A DNA stretch of 58,048 nt, counting the filler, from Squatina squatina (lineage: Eukaryota): assembly GCA_031763465.1 (NCBI GenBank). It is 3 parts of 3 records of this genome, joined end to end, with 100 filler letters (N's around TTAATTAATTAA, not from the genome) between each part and the next. Parts side by side here need not be neighbours in the genome. Positions count along the whole stretch, not along the records: positions 19,461 to 41,607 come from JARFOE010000234.1; positions 41,708 to 58,048 come from JARFOE010000046.1; 1 more part is not named here. The stretch is one strand, 5' to 3'. The notes under the pieces were generated by a model. That model was not told the origin of the DNA. It worked only from the letters and a program-made list of their open reading frames with translations, and made no database searches. Each line of letters opens with the position of its first letter. The first letter of the stretch is position 1. Below are positions 36,416 through 49,229 of the stretch, piece by piece. The position numbers and the translations under genes are program-made.

Positions 36416-38199
36416 AGAACTCTGAAGCAGATGAGAAAAGTGGATATCAATGAAGAATAACAGACCAGGCTGGGAAATGAAGAGTTAAAAGTCAAGGTGA
36501 AGACAGGCAGTGGAGTACTTTTGCAGCGGAGGTTTGAGTTTTTGTATTTATTGGATTTTTGTGTCCGGGATGTTTGGATTTTTCTGTGTATGGGACACTT
36601 GAACATGTGGGTAAGGTGGGAGGGAGGGGCTTGGATTCTTTGTGCACGTATTTACGACACACTCACTGGCTATAGCACATGGGATCTGAACCCCGCTCCA
36701 CAAGGTGGGATACTCACGACGGATCACATTGTATCGCCAAGTTCTGACCTGTGGCACAGTACCCAAGAGGATGCTTTATAATGGCTCCGCTATTTCAGTG
36801 CCTCTTTCCAATTTCTCCATATAAATTTTCAATAATACAGCCCTACATATTAAGGAGGATTTACTATTTTACTCCTGAGAACAGTGGCAATTGATTAGAA
36901 AAAAATACATAGAACCATAAAACATTTCTTAATTTATCGTGCCCTTGAAGTAAATGGAATGGACTTCACGGTGAGAAGTGACACTGCAGTCTTTGAAAGG
37001 TTAATGATGCCACTCGCTCCTTGAATTAAACTGGAGGAAATTTTTCCTCTTTTTCATTAAAATAAAACAATTACTTTATCAGTATATTTGAAAATGATGC
37101 CAACTTCATTGGCCCCCTAAATAACAAATAGCTGTTTTACATGACACAAACATAATTTGACTGTCACAGACAATAAACAAATCATTAAAACTGTACTATG
37201 GTGAACTGTAGTGAGTATCTGGAATCCTAGATATCCTGAGAAATCTATGGAGGTAATTATATGCAGTGCAATGATATCTATTACCTGTATAATTTGGATA
37301 AATTATGGTTGGTCTATATATATGCCTATTTCAACTACAGTAAATTTGACATGACTCATATTTGGAATAGAACGTTTCAGATATACACTGAAAAACCCCA
37401 GTCTTGAAGTAAATTATTTTCTTCCAATATAACCACTCCTGTCATAAAGAATTACATTTCAGATTTAGTGATGTTAGATGTCAATTGTAATTTGGTGGCG
37501 GGCAGTTTATTGGTGGCATGTAACGCTCTGCTTGGGACCTACAACTTAGGTCGGAGGCTGCCATATCATTAAAAACCAGTGATCCTTCACTGATGACATA
37601 ATTTGACTGGCAGAAGAAAGAGTGGAAAGCTGCTTGCTTCCACCTGCACATTGCTGCTGCATGTCAGAGATGAATTTGGCTTAAAATTAGAAGTGCAGCT
37701 TAGTGGAGTGTCAGCAGTGATTTCTCCGTTTTCCACTTTAAATCTGAGGAGAAATTTCTCCCCAGTAATTTCACCTCATTTCACACCTATTTGACATTTT
37801 TCATGGGCTGTATTGCCTGACTTGCAAACTCTTGACATTTTTTCCTCAGCTGTAAGTAGCCTTGCACTGTGTTGTTATATTTGTTGTAATATTGTTTCTA
37901 TTGATATGCATTCTGTGCTGTGTTTGGGTCATAATAAAGATGCCACAGACCACTCAAACTGTAGGGGCATGCAACTACAATGGCATTTTCNNNNNNNNNN
38001 NNNNNNNNNNNNNNNNNNNNNNNNNNNNNNNNNNNNNNNNNNNNNNNNNNNNNNNNNNNNNNNNNNNNNNNNNNNNNNNNNNNNNNNNNNTTACAAAGAT
38101 CTCTGACACACATGCTGACTTTATTTCATCAATGACTAAACTATGAGAAGATTGAGTATGGTGATTATCAAGATTGTTACTTTGCCATGACTAATTCAT

Positions 38200-38818
38200 A
38201 TCCCTTTCTTTTGTCTTCCAGGGACTTCATGCATACAGCAAGTATCGCTGGACATGCAAGAGGATGATTCCTCAGAGGACCTCATTCCTTCTGAGGGTGC
38301 ACCATCATAGGACATACAACCATGCACCACTGCAAATACTCGTACTTTGGTGGATTCATTTAGAGAGTAAGTTGGATTTTCACCTGGTGATTCACTATTC
38401 ATAAACGAGCACATGCAGACACTAGTGCAAGACAACTGTCCGGGCGCAATATTCTTTAAGCTCTGCTCATCCGGACACAGATGTTGAATCCCAGAGGCCA
38501 TCATGGAGAAGGTGCGTGCTAGAGGTACATCAGCAACATACCAAGATACTGACAAACATGCTATGCACACTCTCCAAAATAGCGGAAAGGATGAAGGAGT
38601 CCAACTTAACCACTCGTGGATTGGTGGTGCACATAATTGGTGGCCACCTCCATGGAGCTTCAAGCACGACTCTCAGATGAATCCATGCGGGCCATGACCA
38701 CGGCCTTGCAGACTTCGGATGTTAATATTTCTGCTGCCTTAAATTGGATGACAGCTATCTTATCCGTGGTCTTACAATGTGTCACTGATCTTCACCAAGC
38801 TGGTCTGCAGCAGAGTGA
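38200..38818 (+). mobile_element. Decayed coding fragment, probably the accessory (Myb/SANT-type) ORF of a Harbinger-like transposon
   Basis: Acceptor tcttttgtcttccag, then frameshifted acidic and helical coding-like sequence (MQEDDSSEDLIPSEG...VLEVHQQ...LSKIAERMKES...SMRAMTTALQ). Family assignment is from memory only. Confidence 0.35.
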
Positions 38819-39839
38819 NNNNNNNNNNNNNNNNNNNNNNNNNNNNNNNNNNNNNNNNNNNNNNNNNNNNNNNNNNNNNNNNNNNNNNNNNNNNNNNNNN
38901 NNNNNNNNNNNNNNNNNNACTGCTTGGGACTGTGGCCCTTGACAAAAAGTGAGTAACTGCTCTAAAACTGTACTCTGAATGCACTTGTATTAATTTGCTA
39001 CATTGTACATCAGTTTACTGAATACCTTTGCAACTTGAAGTATCCAGCTTTCAAAGCTGCAGGACACCATATATTGTGGTCATTTCCTTGTTAGGTTTAG
39101 AAGTATAATTCATTTTAGCTTGATAAATGAACTGGTACAAGTAGCAGCTAGTAACACCTAAGCAATTTCAGCTTCTTTTATAGCAAAGCCAGATGAATAG
39201 CATTCTGGCAACAGATTCCACAGCAACTACAAGGACAGGCATTAACCTTGGAAGGCCTACTGGAGCATTTATGCACCACATCACTAAAATGACAAGCCAA
39301 GCATATTTTAAAGGTATTTAGAGAGTGCCATCAATCCAAAAGAGTCCATTGTAACCCATTCTTCATCAAAGTCTTTATAACACTTTTACATCAAATTCAT
39401 TATATCACTTTTAGAAAGTACAATTTATGTTAACAAGTGAAAATATATCTTGCTACAGTTCACAGAGGCGATATAGAGCATAATAGTAACATTAAAAACG
39501 GCTAAAAGCAAAGTCAATTTAAAATAAAACTGGCTAATTTTATTTTTGTTCCGAAGCTGATTTATACAAAGACCATTTTGGTTCCTAGAAATCTGTGCAG
39601 CTGAATCAAACCTATATTTATATTTATGTCCTTGGGTAAATAGGTTGAACTTGATAGTCAAAAATGCAATCAACTGACACCATGCGCACTCTCTGCAATA
39701 AATTGGGAAGCAGTTTCATTGACGACAGACTGTGGCCTGAATGTTCAGTATGACTAGCTAAAATGCAGCTAAGTACAAGATGCTAGTTGCACTGTTGCAT
39801 TCTATTCGGAACATCAGTCTCACAACCAGCAGGCAACAA

Positions 39840-40400
39840 CTTTTTCAGTGGGGATGTGTTTGGGGTTGTTCTTGCTGGAGATGGTCATTACCTGGCAATA
39901 TGTGGTACGAATGTTACCTGCCACTTGTCAGCCCAAGCCAAGATGTTGCCCAAGTCCTGCCGTAGGCTGGTATGGGCTACTTCATTATTGGAGAAGTTGC
40001 AAATGGAGCTGAACATTGTGCAATCATCAACAAACCTATGACTTTATGATGGAGGGAAGATCATTGATCAAGTGGCTGAAGATGGTTGGACTGATGATAC
40101 TGATCTGAGGAGCTCCTACAATAATGTCCTGGGGCGGTGATAACTGGCCTGTGAAAACTCTGGCCATATTCCTGTGTGGCAAGTATGACGCTAGCCATTC
40201 GAGTTTTTTCCCTTTGACCCCGAGCTCTCAGTTTTGCTAGGACCCCTTGGTGCCATACCCAATCTCACCTCTCATCTGGTATTCATCTTTGGCATGCATG
40301 TCTGGATCAAATCTCTGATGAGGTCCAGAGATGAGTGGCTCTGGCAGTACTCGAACTGAGCATCAGTGAGCAGTTTATTGATGAGTATATGCTGTCTAAT
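39840..40400 (-). mobile_element. CR1-group LINE RT fragment
   Basis: GAPQISIISPTIFSHLINDLPSII...FVDDCTMF...QDLGNILAWADKWQVTF (RT motifs corresponding to GVPQGS and FADD). Confidence 0.8.
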
Positions 40401-41804
40401 GGTTTAAATTTATCCTGTTTTGTGGAAAAATCATACCATGGAAATNNNNNNNNNNNNNNNNNNNNNNNNNNNNNNNNNNNNNNNNNNNNNNNNNNNNNNN
40501 NNNNNNNNNNNNNNNNNNNNNNNNNNNNNNNNNNNNNNNNNNNNNCAGAATATTGCTGAAAGCCACAAGAGAAAATCAGATCTGATGACCTAAACAAGAA
40601 ACCAATACACAAAGAAGATCACTGAACCATGTTACCCTTGAAAACCAAATGCTCTCTTTGTAAATTTAGGTACAATGTTTTACAGGAGAAATATATGAAC
40701 CAACATCTGACACATAACTGCCACACAATACAAAGTGTGTTGCGTGTTACCATCAATAATAATTTGCCAAAGTTTGGATACGACATGGTGCTTTACTGTG
40801 TCGGTAGATATTCATCTCTCTGTGGGTTAGTAACTTATTCTAAACTATCAATTATTTTAGTGGTTACTGCAATAAACATTAAGATCATTGGCTCTTAATT
40901 GCCACTGTAATTTAATGTAACATTAATTATACCTTAATGTATTCACAGCCGTGATATTTATTGAGATTTTGTCAGGGACTTGTCATGTGTAATATACATT
41001 TGATGATGATGAAGATCCGGGACATAATTTCAAACGTTTCACCCCAGACCAATGGATTTTGGTGCCTTTTCTTTTGGTGTAAAATATATTTGTAAATTTC
41101 CTTTGTTACTTTTTTTGCTAATGTGATGTGTTTGTGGTTTCTGAAAAACACAACTTGGGAGGGGGTGGGGTGCGGGGTATGTAAAGTAAAGCTGCTTGCA
41201 CTAGTTAATTTACGCTGTGTTGAAGATAATGTAAACACAACATAAATGGTATAAAATGCATGAAAAAGGAACACTTTTACTTCAAGAAAAACTGTCAATG
41301 GCAAATATCTATGGAAATAGACTAGGACATATGAAAGGATGTTTTCATCCGAGGTGAATATTATTTCCAACTGTTACTGATGTGGAGTCGTGGTGAGGAC
41401 TATCATTTATGTCCATTTTATATAACAACGCAGTAAACATAGCTGTTGAATAAATTTTTACTGTATTTCAAGTACAGAGGAAAGTCTACTTAGTAATGAA
41501 TCTAATCAGCATATGCAAATTCCCAATGGGGTGTCCCAATTTACAGGCATCAATTGTATACAAGATTTAATTTCGAATATTTAATTCATTCTTCTTCCTT
41601 TTAGCTGNNNNNNNNNNNNNNNNNNNNNNNNNNNNNNNNNNNNNNNNNNNNTTAATTAATTAANNNNNNNNNNNNNNNNNNNNNNNNNNNNNNNNNNNNN
41701 NNNNNNNGAAATTAATTTCACAGAGCAGGATGGAGCCAGTAGCGGGGTCAGGGCCCCCACTGACTTCACCCGCCACAGACCCACCGAAGTTAGCAAAATC
41801 GTCA

Positions 41805-41872
41805 CCTCTGTTTCTCTCTCCACAGATGCTGCCTGAACTGCTGAGTATTTCCAGCATTTTTTGTTTTTATTC
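41805..41872 (+). mobile_element. PLE terminal-repeat fragment lacking the ribozyme part
   Basis: ctctgtttctctctccacagatgctgcctgaactgctgagtatttccagca matches 20172-20235. Confidence 0.7.
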
Positions 41873-41874
41873 CG

Positions 41875-42548
41875 AAAATGGTTAAAAAACAAATCAAAAA
41901 GGCTAATGGAATGTTAGCCTTTATAACTAGAGGACTGAAATGGAAATGGTAGGAAGTTTTGCTGCAGCCATACACAGCCCTGGTTAGACCCACATCTGGA
42001 GCACTGTGTACAGTTCTGGGCACTGCACCTGAGAAAGGAGATATTGGACTTGGAAGAAGTGCAGAGCAGATTCACCAGAGTATTACCAGGGCTCCAAGGT
42101 TAGATTATGAGGAGACATCATAAACTAGGTATATATTCCCTGGAATATAAAAGGTTAAGGGATGATTTGGTTGAGATTTTTAGGATTTGAATGGAATTGG
42201 GTGGGTAGACAGAGAGAAACGTTTTCCCTGGTGGGAGAGTCGAGGACAAGGGGACATAACCTTAAAATCAGAGTTAGATCATTGAGGAAGGAGGTTGGGA
42301 AACACTTTCTTCACACAAAGGGTGGCAGAAGTGTGGAACTCTCTCCCACAAAGAGCAGTGGATGCTAGTTCAATTAATAATTTTAAATCCGAGGTCGATA
42401 GATTTTTGCTAGTCTTGGGTGTTAAGGGATATGGAGTCAAGGTGGGTGGATGGAGCTAGGGTGCAGATCATCCAGGATCTCATTGAATGACGGAGCAGAC
42501 TCAAAGGGCTGAATGGCCTCCTCATGTTCCCATGTTCTGATGTTCTTG
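41875..42548 (+). mobile_element. CR1 3' portion (about 670 nt)
   Basis: KKANGMLAFI...LVRPHLEHCVQFW...TRGHNLKI, plus tail gggctgaatggcctcct...gttctgatgttctt. Confidence 0.88.
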
Positions 42549-43405
42549 TGCTGCTACTCCTCCCCCTCCATGAATGGCATATAGAGAGGCAGCCGGAATC
42601 AAATGCAGGTCTTGGCAGAGACATTAAAAAAAAGGTTTGAAAAGCATTTCCCAGCTGTGTAAATCACTGAACAAAGTTTCNNNNNNNNNNNNNNNNNNNN
42701 NNNNNNNNNNNNNNNNNNNNNNNNNNNNNNNNNNNNNNNNNNNNNNNNNNNNNNNNNNNNNNNNNNNNNNNNNNNNNNNNNNNNNNNNNNNNNNNNNNNN
42801 NNNNNNNNNNNNNNNNNNNNNNNNNNNNNNNNNNNNNNNNNNNNNNNNNNNNNNNNNNNNNNNNNNNNNNNNNNNNNNNNNNNNNNNNNNNNNNNNNNNN
42901 NNNNNNNNNNNNNNNNNNNNNNNNNNNNNNNNNNNNNNNNNNNNNNNNNNNNNNNNNNNNNNNNNNNNNNNNNNNNNNNNNNNNNNNNNNNNNNNNNNNN
43001 NNNNNNNNNNNNNNNNNNNNNNNNNNNNNNNNNNNNNNNNNNNNNNNNNNNNNNNNNNNNNNNNNNNNNNNNNNNNNNNNNNNNNNNNNNNNNNNNNNNN
43101 NNNNNNNNNNNNNNNNNNNNNNNNNNNNNNNNNNNNNNNNNNNNNNNNNNNNNNNNNNNNNNNNNNNNNNNNNNNNNNNNNNNNNNNNNNNNNNNNNNNN
43201 NNNNNNNNNNNNNNNNNNNNNNNNNNNNNNNNNNNNNNNNNNNNNNNNNNNNNNNNNNNNNNNNNNNNNNNNNNNNNNNNNNNNNNNNNNNNNNNNNNNN
43301 NNNNNNNNNNNNNNNNNNNNNNNNNNNNNNNNNNNNNNNNNNNNNNNNNNNNNNNNNNNNNNNNNNNNNNNNNNNNNNNNNNNNNNNNNNNNNNNNNNNN
43401 NNNNN

Positions 43406-43580
43406 CAGCCTCTTAGATCGACTTGCCCGGGAAACTAGAGAGCCCCGCTCCGAATCTCCAACTCGGGAGGACTAAAGATTGCAAACTCCTGTGGATCCAG
43501 GACCCTTAGGTAAGTTCGTAAGGGAAATTGCAATCAGAGGCACCCGCACGCAGGGAGCCTCCGATTGCAATTTCAGGCCC
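43406..43580. mobile_element. MITE-like end
   Basis: GC-rich block ending gcaatttcaggccc, with internal gaaattgcaatc / gattgcaatttc inverted motifs. Confidence 0.4.
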
Positions 43581-43848
43581 AATAATTCCTGATAAGAACT
43601 GCTTTTTTAATCCTCCAATTTGTAATGAGGTTAAACTCTATTTTGTAAAATGACAATTTATTTTAGATGACTTGTAAGTCTTTAAAAAGGCTCAATCCTC
43701 ATTCAGTAATACTTATTATTCAAATTATTTTTCCAGAGATTATTGTGAAATCAGGTCAATATGACACTCACCCAAATTAGTGGAACTTATGATCAGGTAG
43801 CCTACATGGTTGTCTATTCTTGTTCAGCATTTCTGCTCATGTTCTTAC

Positions 43849-46800
43849 CTGTTTTTTCATTAATGGTGAAGACTCCAAGACCTGTTCCACTTTTGATCAA
43901 ATATCGTATTTCACCATCCTTTCCTATGTCTTCATCCTGAGCAGTAAGTGTCATCACTGAGGTTCCCACAGGCACTCCTTCACTGACAGAGTCTTTGAAC
44001 ACAAAGGAGGAGAAATGTGGTCGATGCAGGTTTTCATTGACATCAATCACTTCGATTTCCACATAACAAGTGGAGCTCAGAGGATAGGGTTTTCCACTGT
44101 CAGCAGCATGAGCTGTTAGATTATAAAAATTCATATTTTCAAAGTCTAATTGCGTATTGACACGGACAGCTCCTACTATTTTGTCAATTCTGAATGTATT
44201 TTCTCTAGTCGTTATCAGGCTGTAGTGCACTTCACCTCCCTGTCCTAGATCTGGATCATAGGCCTCAAGCCACACTATGACAGTCCCTATTGGAATATCT
44301 TCAGGAACTCTCACCCTGTAGTAGGATGGGACAAACTGAGGTGGATTATCATTGACATCTTCTAAGACTACTGTTAGATCAATGGTTGAGAATAGCTGGG
44401 GGTCCAGTCGAGGCTGATCTCTGGCTTCGATTTTCAAAACATATATTGGATGAAGTTCGCGGTCTAATTTGCCAGTGACACGCACTGTACCTGAAGTTTT
44501 GTCGATGGAAAATGTTTTGGTATCAGTCAGAAGTGAGTATTTTATTTCTCCATTTTCTCCCATATCATTATCTTTAGCCTTTACCTGGGCTATAGTCCTT
44601 CCANNNNNNNNNNNNNNNNNNNNNNNNNNNNNNNNNNNNNNNNNNNNNNNNNNNNNNNNNNNNNNNNNNNNNNNNNNNNNNNNNNNNNNNNNNNNNNNNN
44701 NNNCTTCCAAGCTCTGTATTTTCATGTACTATTACTGAATAACTATCTTGCAAGAATATTGGTTTATTATCATTTGCATCCAGCACATGCACTGTTAACA
44801 GCCTCCAAGAGGATTTCTGAGGTCTTCCAAGATCATAAATTGTAATGTTTAAAGTATAAAGATTTGTTTTTTCATAATCTAAGGGCAACACAACTTTCAG
44901 CTCTCCTGTCTCCATCTCTGCAATGAAGCAGCTGTCTTCATTTCCATCCGAGATCACATAGACCAGTTTGCCATTGAAACCAGAGTCAGGGTCAGTAGCA
45001 TGAATATTCAAGAAGGTTGAATAGACTGGGATGTTCTCTCTTACGTCAATAGAGCTTGGGAAATTAATATCAAATTGTGGAGTGTGAGCATTGACAATGT
45101 GGATGTAAGAGAATAAATCTTCTTCATAAGGCTGATGATGTGGTTTAACAGAAAGCAGCAAGGTCTCTGCTAACATTTTAATTGCTCCTGTGTCTTTGCA
45201 ATGCATGCTGGCCATTTTCGGGCTATCTGTAACAGTGAGGTTAACATCTATAGTGGAAGCATAGTTCTTCCCATCTGTGGCTGTGATTTTTAGATTAAAA
45301 AATGAAATCTTATTGGCAGGACTATAAGAGAAGGGGTTCTTCAACATTAGTGCACCAGAAATTGGATTGAGATCAAAGAAATCCAGTTCATTACCAGACA
45401 AAAGTTCGTATCTGATCCCTTGCAGTTCATCTGCGTCTACTGCTGAGACAGTAGTAATGAGGTATCCAACAGTGAGATTTCTTGAAACATTACCGTGGCA
45501 ATTGTCCTTCTCAAACAGTGGCTTGTTGTCATTCAGATTCTTCAAGTAAATTGTGACAGGGACTTCCATTTCATAGTCATAGGGTGATCCCCAGTCAGAG
45601 GCCCAAACTCGTAGATGGTACACTCGCTGCATGAGTTCATAGTCCAGGTCCTCAGATGTCACAATGGTCCCTGTGAAGGGATGAATGTTGAAAGGAACAG
45701 GAGCTACATTGGCAATGCTGTATGTCACATAGCCATTTTCACCTTGGTCTTTGTCAGTTGCATTGACTGTTAAGATACTTGTTCCAATTTGGACATTTTC
45801 ATCAATACTCCCCTGGTATGAAGATGCTCTGAACTCTGGAGCATTATTATTGGTGTCTATGAGATCAATAATAATACTGGTGGAGATCTGACCAAAACTG
45901 GTCTTTACTTTCAATTCAAAATGGGATTGTTCCAAGAAATTCAGTGCACCAGTAGTGGTAATGAGACCAGTTTGTTGATTTATCCTAAATTTGGTACTGT
46001 CATGGCTGCGCTCCAGATAATATGCCTGATTTGGAAGTTTAGGTTGAGCTTTAACCATTACAACGGGACTATGTGGTGGTGCAAACTCACACAGTCTAAC
46101 CTCATAANNNNNNNNNNACTTTAAGGCTTCAGGTTGCTTTGCTGGTATGTGAATTACTTTTATTGGTGAATAGTTAGTGGGGTTGCTTTTATCTCTGGCT
46201 TGCAGAGACAAGTTATAGCCAAGGGGATTGCCCGCCCAGTTTGCCTCTCTGATATATATTAGCTTGAACTCCCTACTGTCTTGGTAGAATGGTATCACAC
46301 TGAAATGGTGTGATGAGTCCCCATCCACAATGTCCACTGTATCTACTCCTTCTTCTGCTGTGATAATAGCATGTGTGCCATCGTGGTGAGTTCCAGGAGA
46401 GGTGAGACGTACAGAGAGAATTCCTGGCACTCTCGTGCCAGCCTGCTCTACACTGACAGTCAGCTTGGCCACACTGCCAATCCCACTGCCTCCATACAGC
46501 TTCATCATGCGGTCCACTGCCAGGATTTCTAGGCTGTACTGCTTTAGAGTTGTGTAATTCAGACTTCCTGCCAGTGTGACAACTCCACTACTGGGATGAA
46601 TGGCAAACTCATCGATCCTGCCTTTGAAAGCATAATAAAACTCCGCATTGCTTCCGATGTCTGCATCTGTTGCAGTGACTCTGGCAACACTGGATCTCAA
46701 TGGGGTATCCTCTTTTATGGAGACAGTGTATGACAGCGGTGAAAAAAGAGGACGCAAGTCATTTTTATCCAGGATTTGGATCATCACCTTGGTCCACACT

Positions 46801-47183
46801 TCATGTTGGAATGTTCTGTCAGATGCCTGGACTGTCAGCAGATAATGATCTTTTACTTCTCTGTTCAAAACAGCCATGTTGGAACTTTTGGTCCTGATGC
46901 GTAGAAAGTAGAAATCGCCTACCAAGTATTCCTCGGCTTTGAACAAATTCATATTGTCTCCAGAAACAATTTTGTATTTAATGTTCCCAACAACCTCTGA
47001 GATCTGAATGCCCATTTTCACATTGCTTTCAATGTAGGTCTTAGGGGAGGAATTTTCATAGATAGTAGCATTGTAAACATGATGGGTGAATTGGAAAGGT
47101 GAGGTGTGTGGTTTCTCCAGATTCACTTCAGAAATGCCAACAACCACCAAAAGTGCTACAAGTCGTAAGCTTTTTGCTGCCAT
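43849..47183 (-). CDS. FAT2: Protocadherin Fat 2, first large coding exon (signal peptide plus cadherin repeats EC1 to part of EC10)
   Basis: ORFs 44574-47183 and 43814-44725 join across the N gap. They contain repeated cadherin motifs (LDRE/LDYE, DxNDNxPxF, AxDxD). Segments such as YNATIYENSSPKTY, FLRIRTKSSN, VLKIEARDQP and QLFS match FAT2 as recalled better than FAT1/FAT3. Start context is aaccATGG. Acceptor is ttgtcttcctgcag (exon starts at 47213) with branch point CTAAT at about 47237-47241. A phase-1 donor ACAG|gtaaga follows 43849, at the conserved FAT INxxTG boundary. Confidence 0.93.
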
Positions 47184-47540
47184 GGTTCATTGCATTGGTG
47201 CCCTTCTTGAAATCTGCAGGAAGACAATTGAAAGTGATTAGCTCCTTTGGAACACAAGCTCCTAACATTACAAAACCAGTAAATCTAGAGATGAAACTCT
47301 TCACTCCCATTTGAAGTTCAAGCTCATCTTTGACCCTAGTTGCAACCTGGATATCCTGGTGTGCCAGTGTCATGGAGACTTCCTGCTAACAGGCCTTAGC
47401 AAATCCGGCAAGTTTGCCATTAGCTATCACATCAGGGAATNNNNNNNNNNNNNNNNNNNNNNNNNNNNNNNNNNNNNNNNNNNNNNNNNNNNNNNNNNNN
47501 NNNNNNNNNNNNNNNNNNNNNNNNNNNNNNNNNNNNNNNN

Positions 47541-47612
47541 CCATTAGCTGTAAAGCACTCTGGGACATCCTAAGATCGTGAAAGGCTCAATATTAATGCA
47601 AGTCTTTTTTTT
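47541..47612 (+). mobile_element. L2/Deu-SINE 3' tail
   Basis: ctgtaaagcactctgggacatcct...gtgaaaggc...aatgcaagtctttt. Confidence 0.65.
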
Positions 47613-47903
47613 CATTGCCAAATTTACGGCTCTATCTTTATGGCAAGTTCATTTGACCTCATTGCTGAATATGCTTGCTTTGTCTCCCTAATGAGTACTC
47701 TTATTGTATCTTATTCCTGCATGTTATTTATCACTTTCTCCTCTCTCATTTCCTTGCCGTATCACTGATGACTATCCTTGCTCCAGTTGTGACTAGAGCT
47801 CGAGATTTGAGAAGGCTGACAGTTTTTTTTACTTAAATGTGCTCATGTAGGTTTGAATAGTTGCAGCAATACGGCTCCACCCTCTGTACTTTTTGGTTGC
47901 TGG

Positions 47904-47923
47904 AGACATGTACACACATGCTC
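47904..47923. promoter_or_regulatory. Candidate p63/p53 response element
   Basis: AGACATGTAC-ACACATGCTC: two abutting RRRCWWGYYY half-sites, one mismatch each, with intact CATG cores. Confidence 0.35.
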
Positions 47924-49229
47924 ATGCAGCCTGCCAGCTAAACCACACAAAACACACATATCAGGTTTAAAACATAGGGAGAGGCTCATCCAACAAGAGC
48001 TGCTGGTCAATTTAAGGAAGTTCAGCAACTAACCGGTCTAGTTAAGAACAGTAGTTTTAAGAAGGGAGTGATTCACTAAATGACATTTGAATTTGGATTN
48101 NNNNNNNNNNNNNNNNNNNNNNNNNNNNNNNNNNNNNNNNNNNNNNNNNNNNNNNNNNNNNNNNNNNNNNNNNNNNNNNNNNNNNNNNNNNNNNNNNNNA
48201 TAGCCATCTTGATGGTTTAACTGTTAATCAGTTTAACCTGACATCCTGCCTTAACATTACAACAGGAACAGGATGAGCTAGATGCTCGCACCACACATGG
48301 AATGTAGCCAACCTGTCTGCTAGTTGCTACTCCCATTGTCCCGCCTAATCTCCAATATTAGCATATCCTAATCGGATAATCACATCGAGTTGTGATTAAC
48401 TTTGATGGGGAACAAAACAAATTCTAAAAGTGCTGCAGTAGGAACACCACTACAGTGCCAGTAGAACTGGTGACAGACCTTAAAGCGATTTAAGTCCTCA
48501 AAGGCCAGACCAGCTGAAAGCCTTGGCCAAGCACGGGGCCCTCAGCAGGTAAGGGCCGGACTGAAGTGAGAGGGCCGTTATCTCCACTTCCCCTACCCTA
48601 CCACCACATTTCCCATGATAGCCCCGGGAAGTGGTGGTAACACAGGTAGACAAGGGAATCCTAAGGGGACTCTTACCCTATCGTCCTATTTCCATTCATG
48701 TGTGATGGGCAGGGAAGGAAAGGCAAGCAGTCTTGACAGAAGTAGAAAGAAGGATATACAGATCGGGCAGTGAGGCAGTGGGTAGGCCTTATCCCTCATT
48801 CTTCTCCATAATATCATCTAATTTTGAGCAGGATTGCAGTGGAGAATTTCAGTCGAAACCTGGACAGTTGTTGCAGGTGTAGCATGGACACTATTGTGAG
48901 GAAAATCATCCATGATTGGTTTGAGAAAAAATATTTCATGAGGGCTTGACATTCTACAATTTAATAAAAATGATGTACAGTAGTAAGTAGAAAAGAAGAG
49001 TTAATCATAACTGGGTCAGGGTGCAGTCATCATTTCCCCTTTTAAGTTTTCATCTGGAAATTAGCAACTTTTCTAATGATCATAAGAATGTATATAGTGG
49101 GGGGGAGAGAATAAAATTCTGACTAAAGAAATAACTTATTCGAATCACATTAAATTCAGAATGATATTTTTGGCAGGAAGGGTTAGTAAAATGCAGTACT
49201 TTTGTGAAAGTGCCATCTGAGTTCTTATT

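Noticed and set aside
42637-43416. Long ORFs spanning N runs (also 4722-5450, 2407-3069 and many others)
   Set aside because: They are open only because Ns contain no stop codons.
44574-44725. FAT2 as a pseudogene or two genes
   Set aside because: The frame break is explained by the false gap with a 6-nt overlap.
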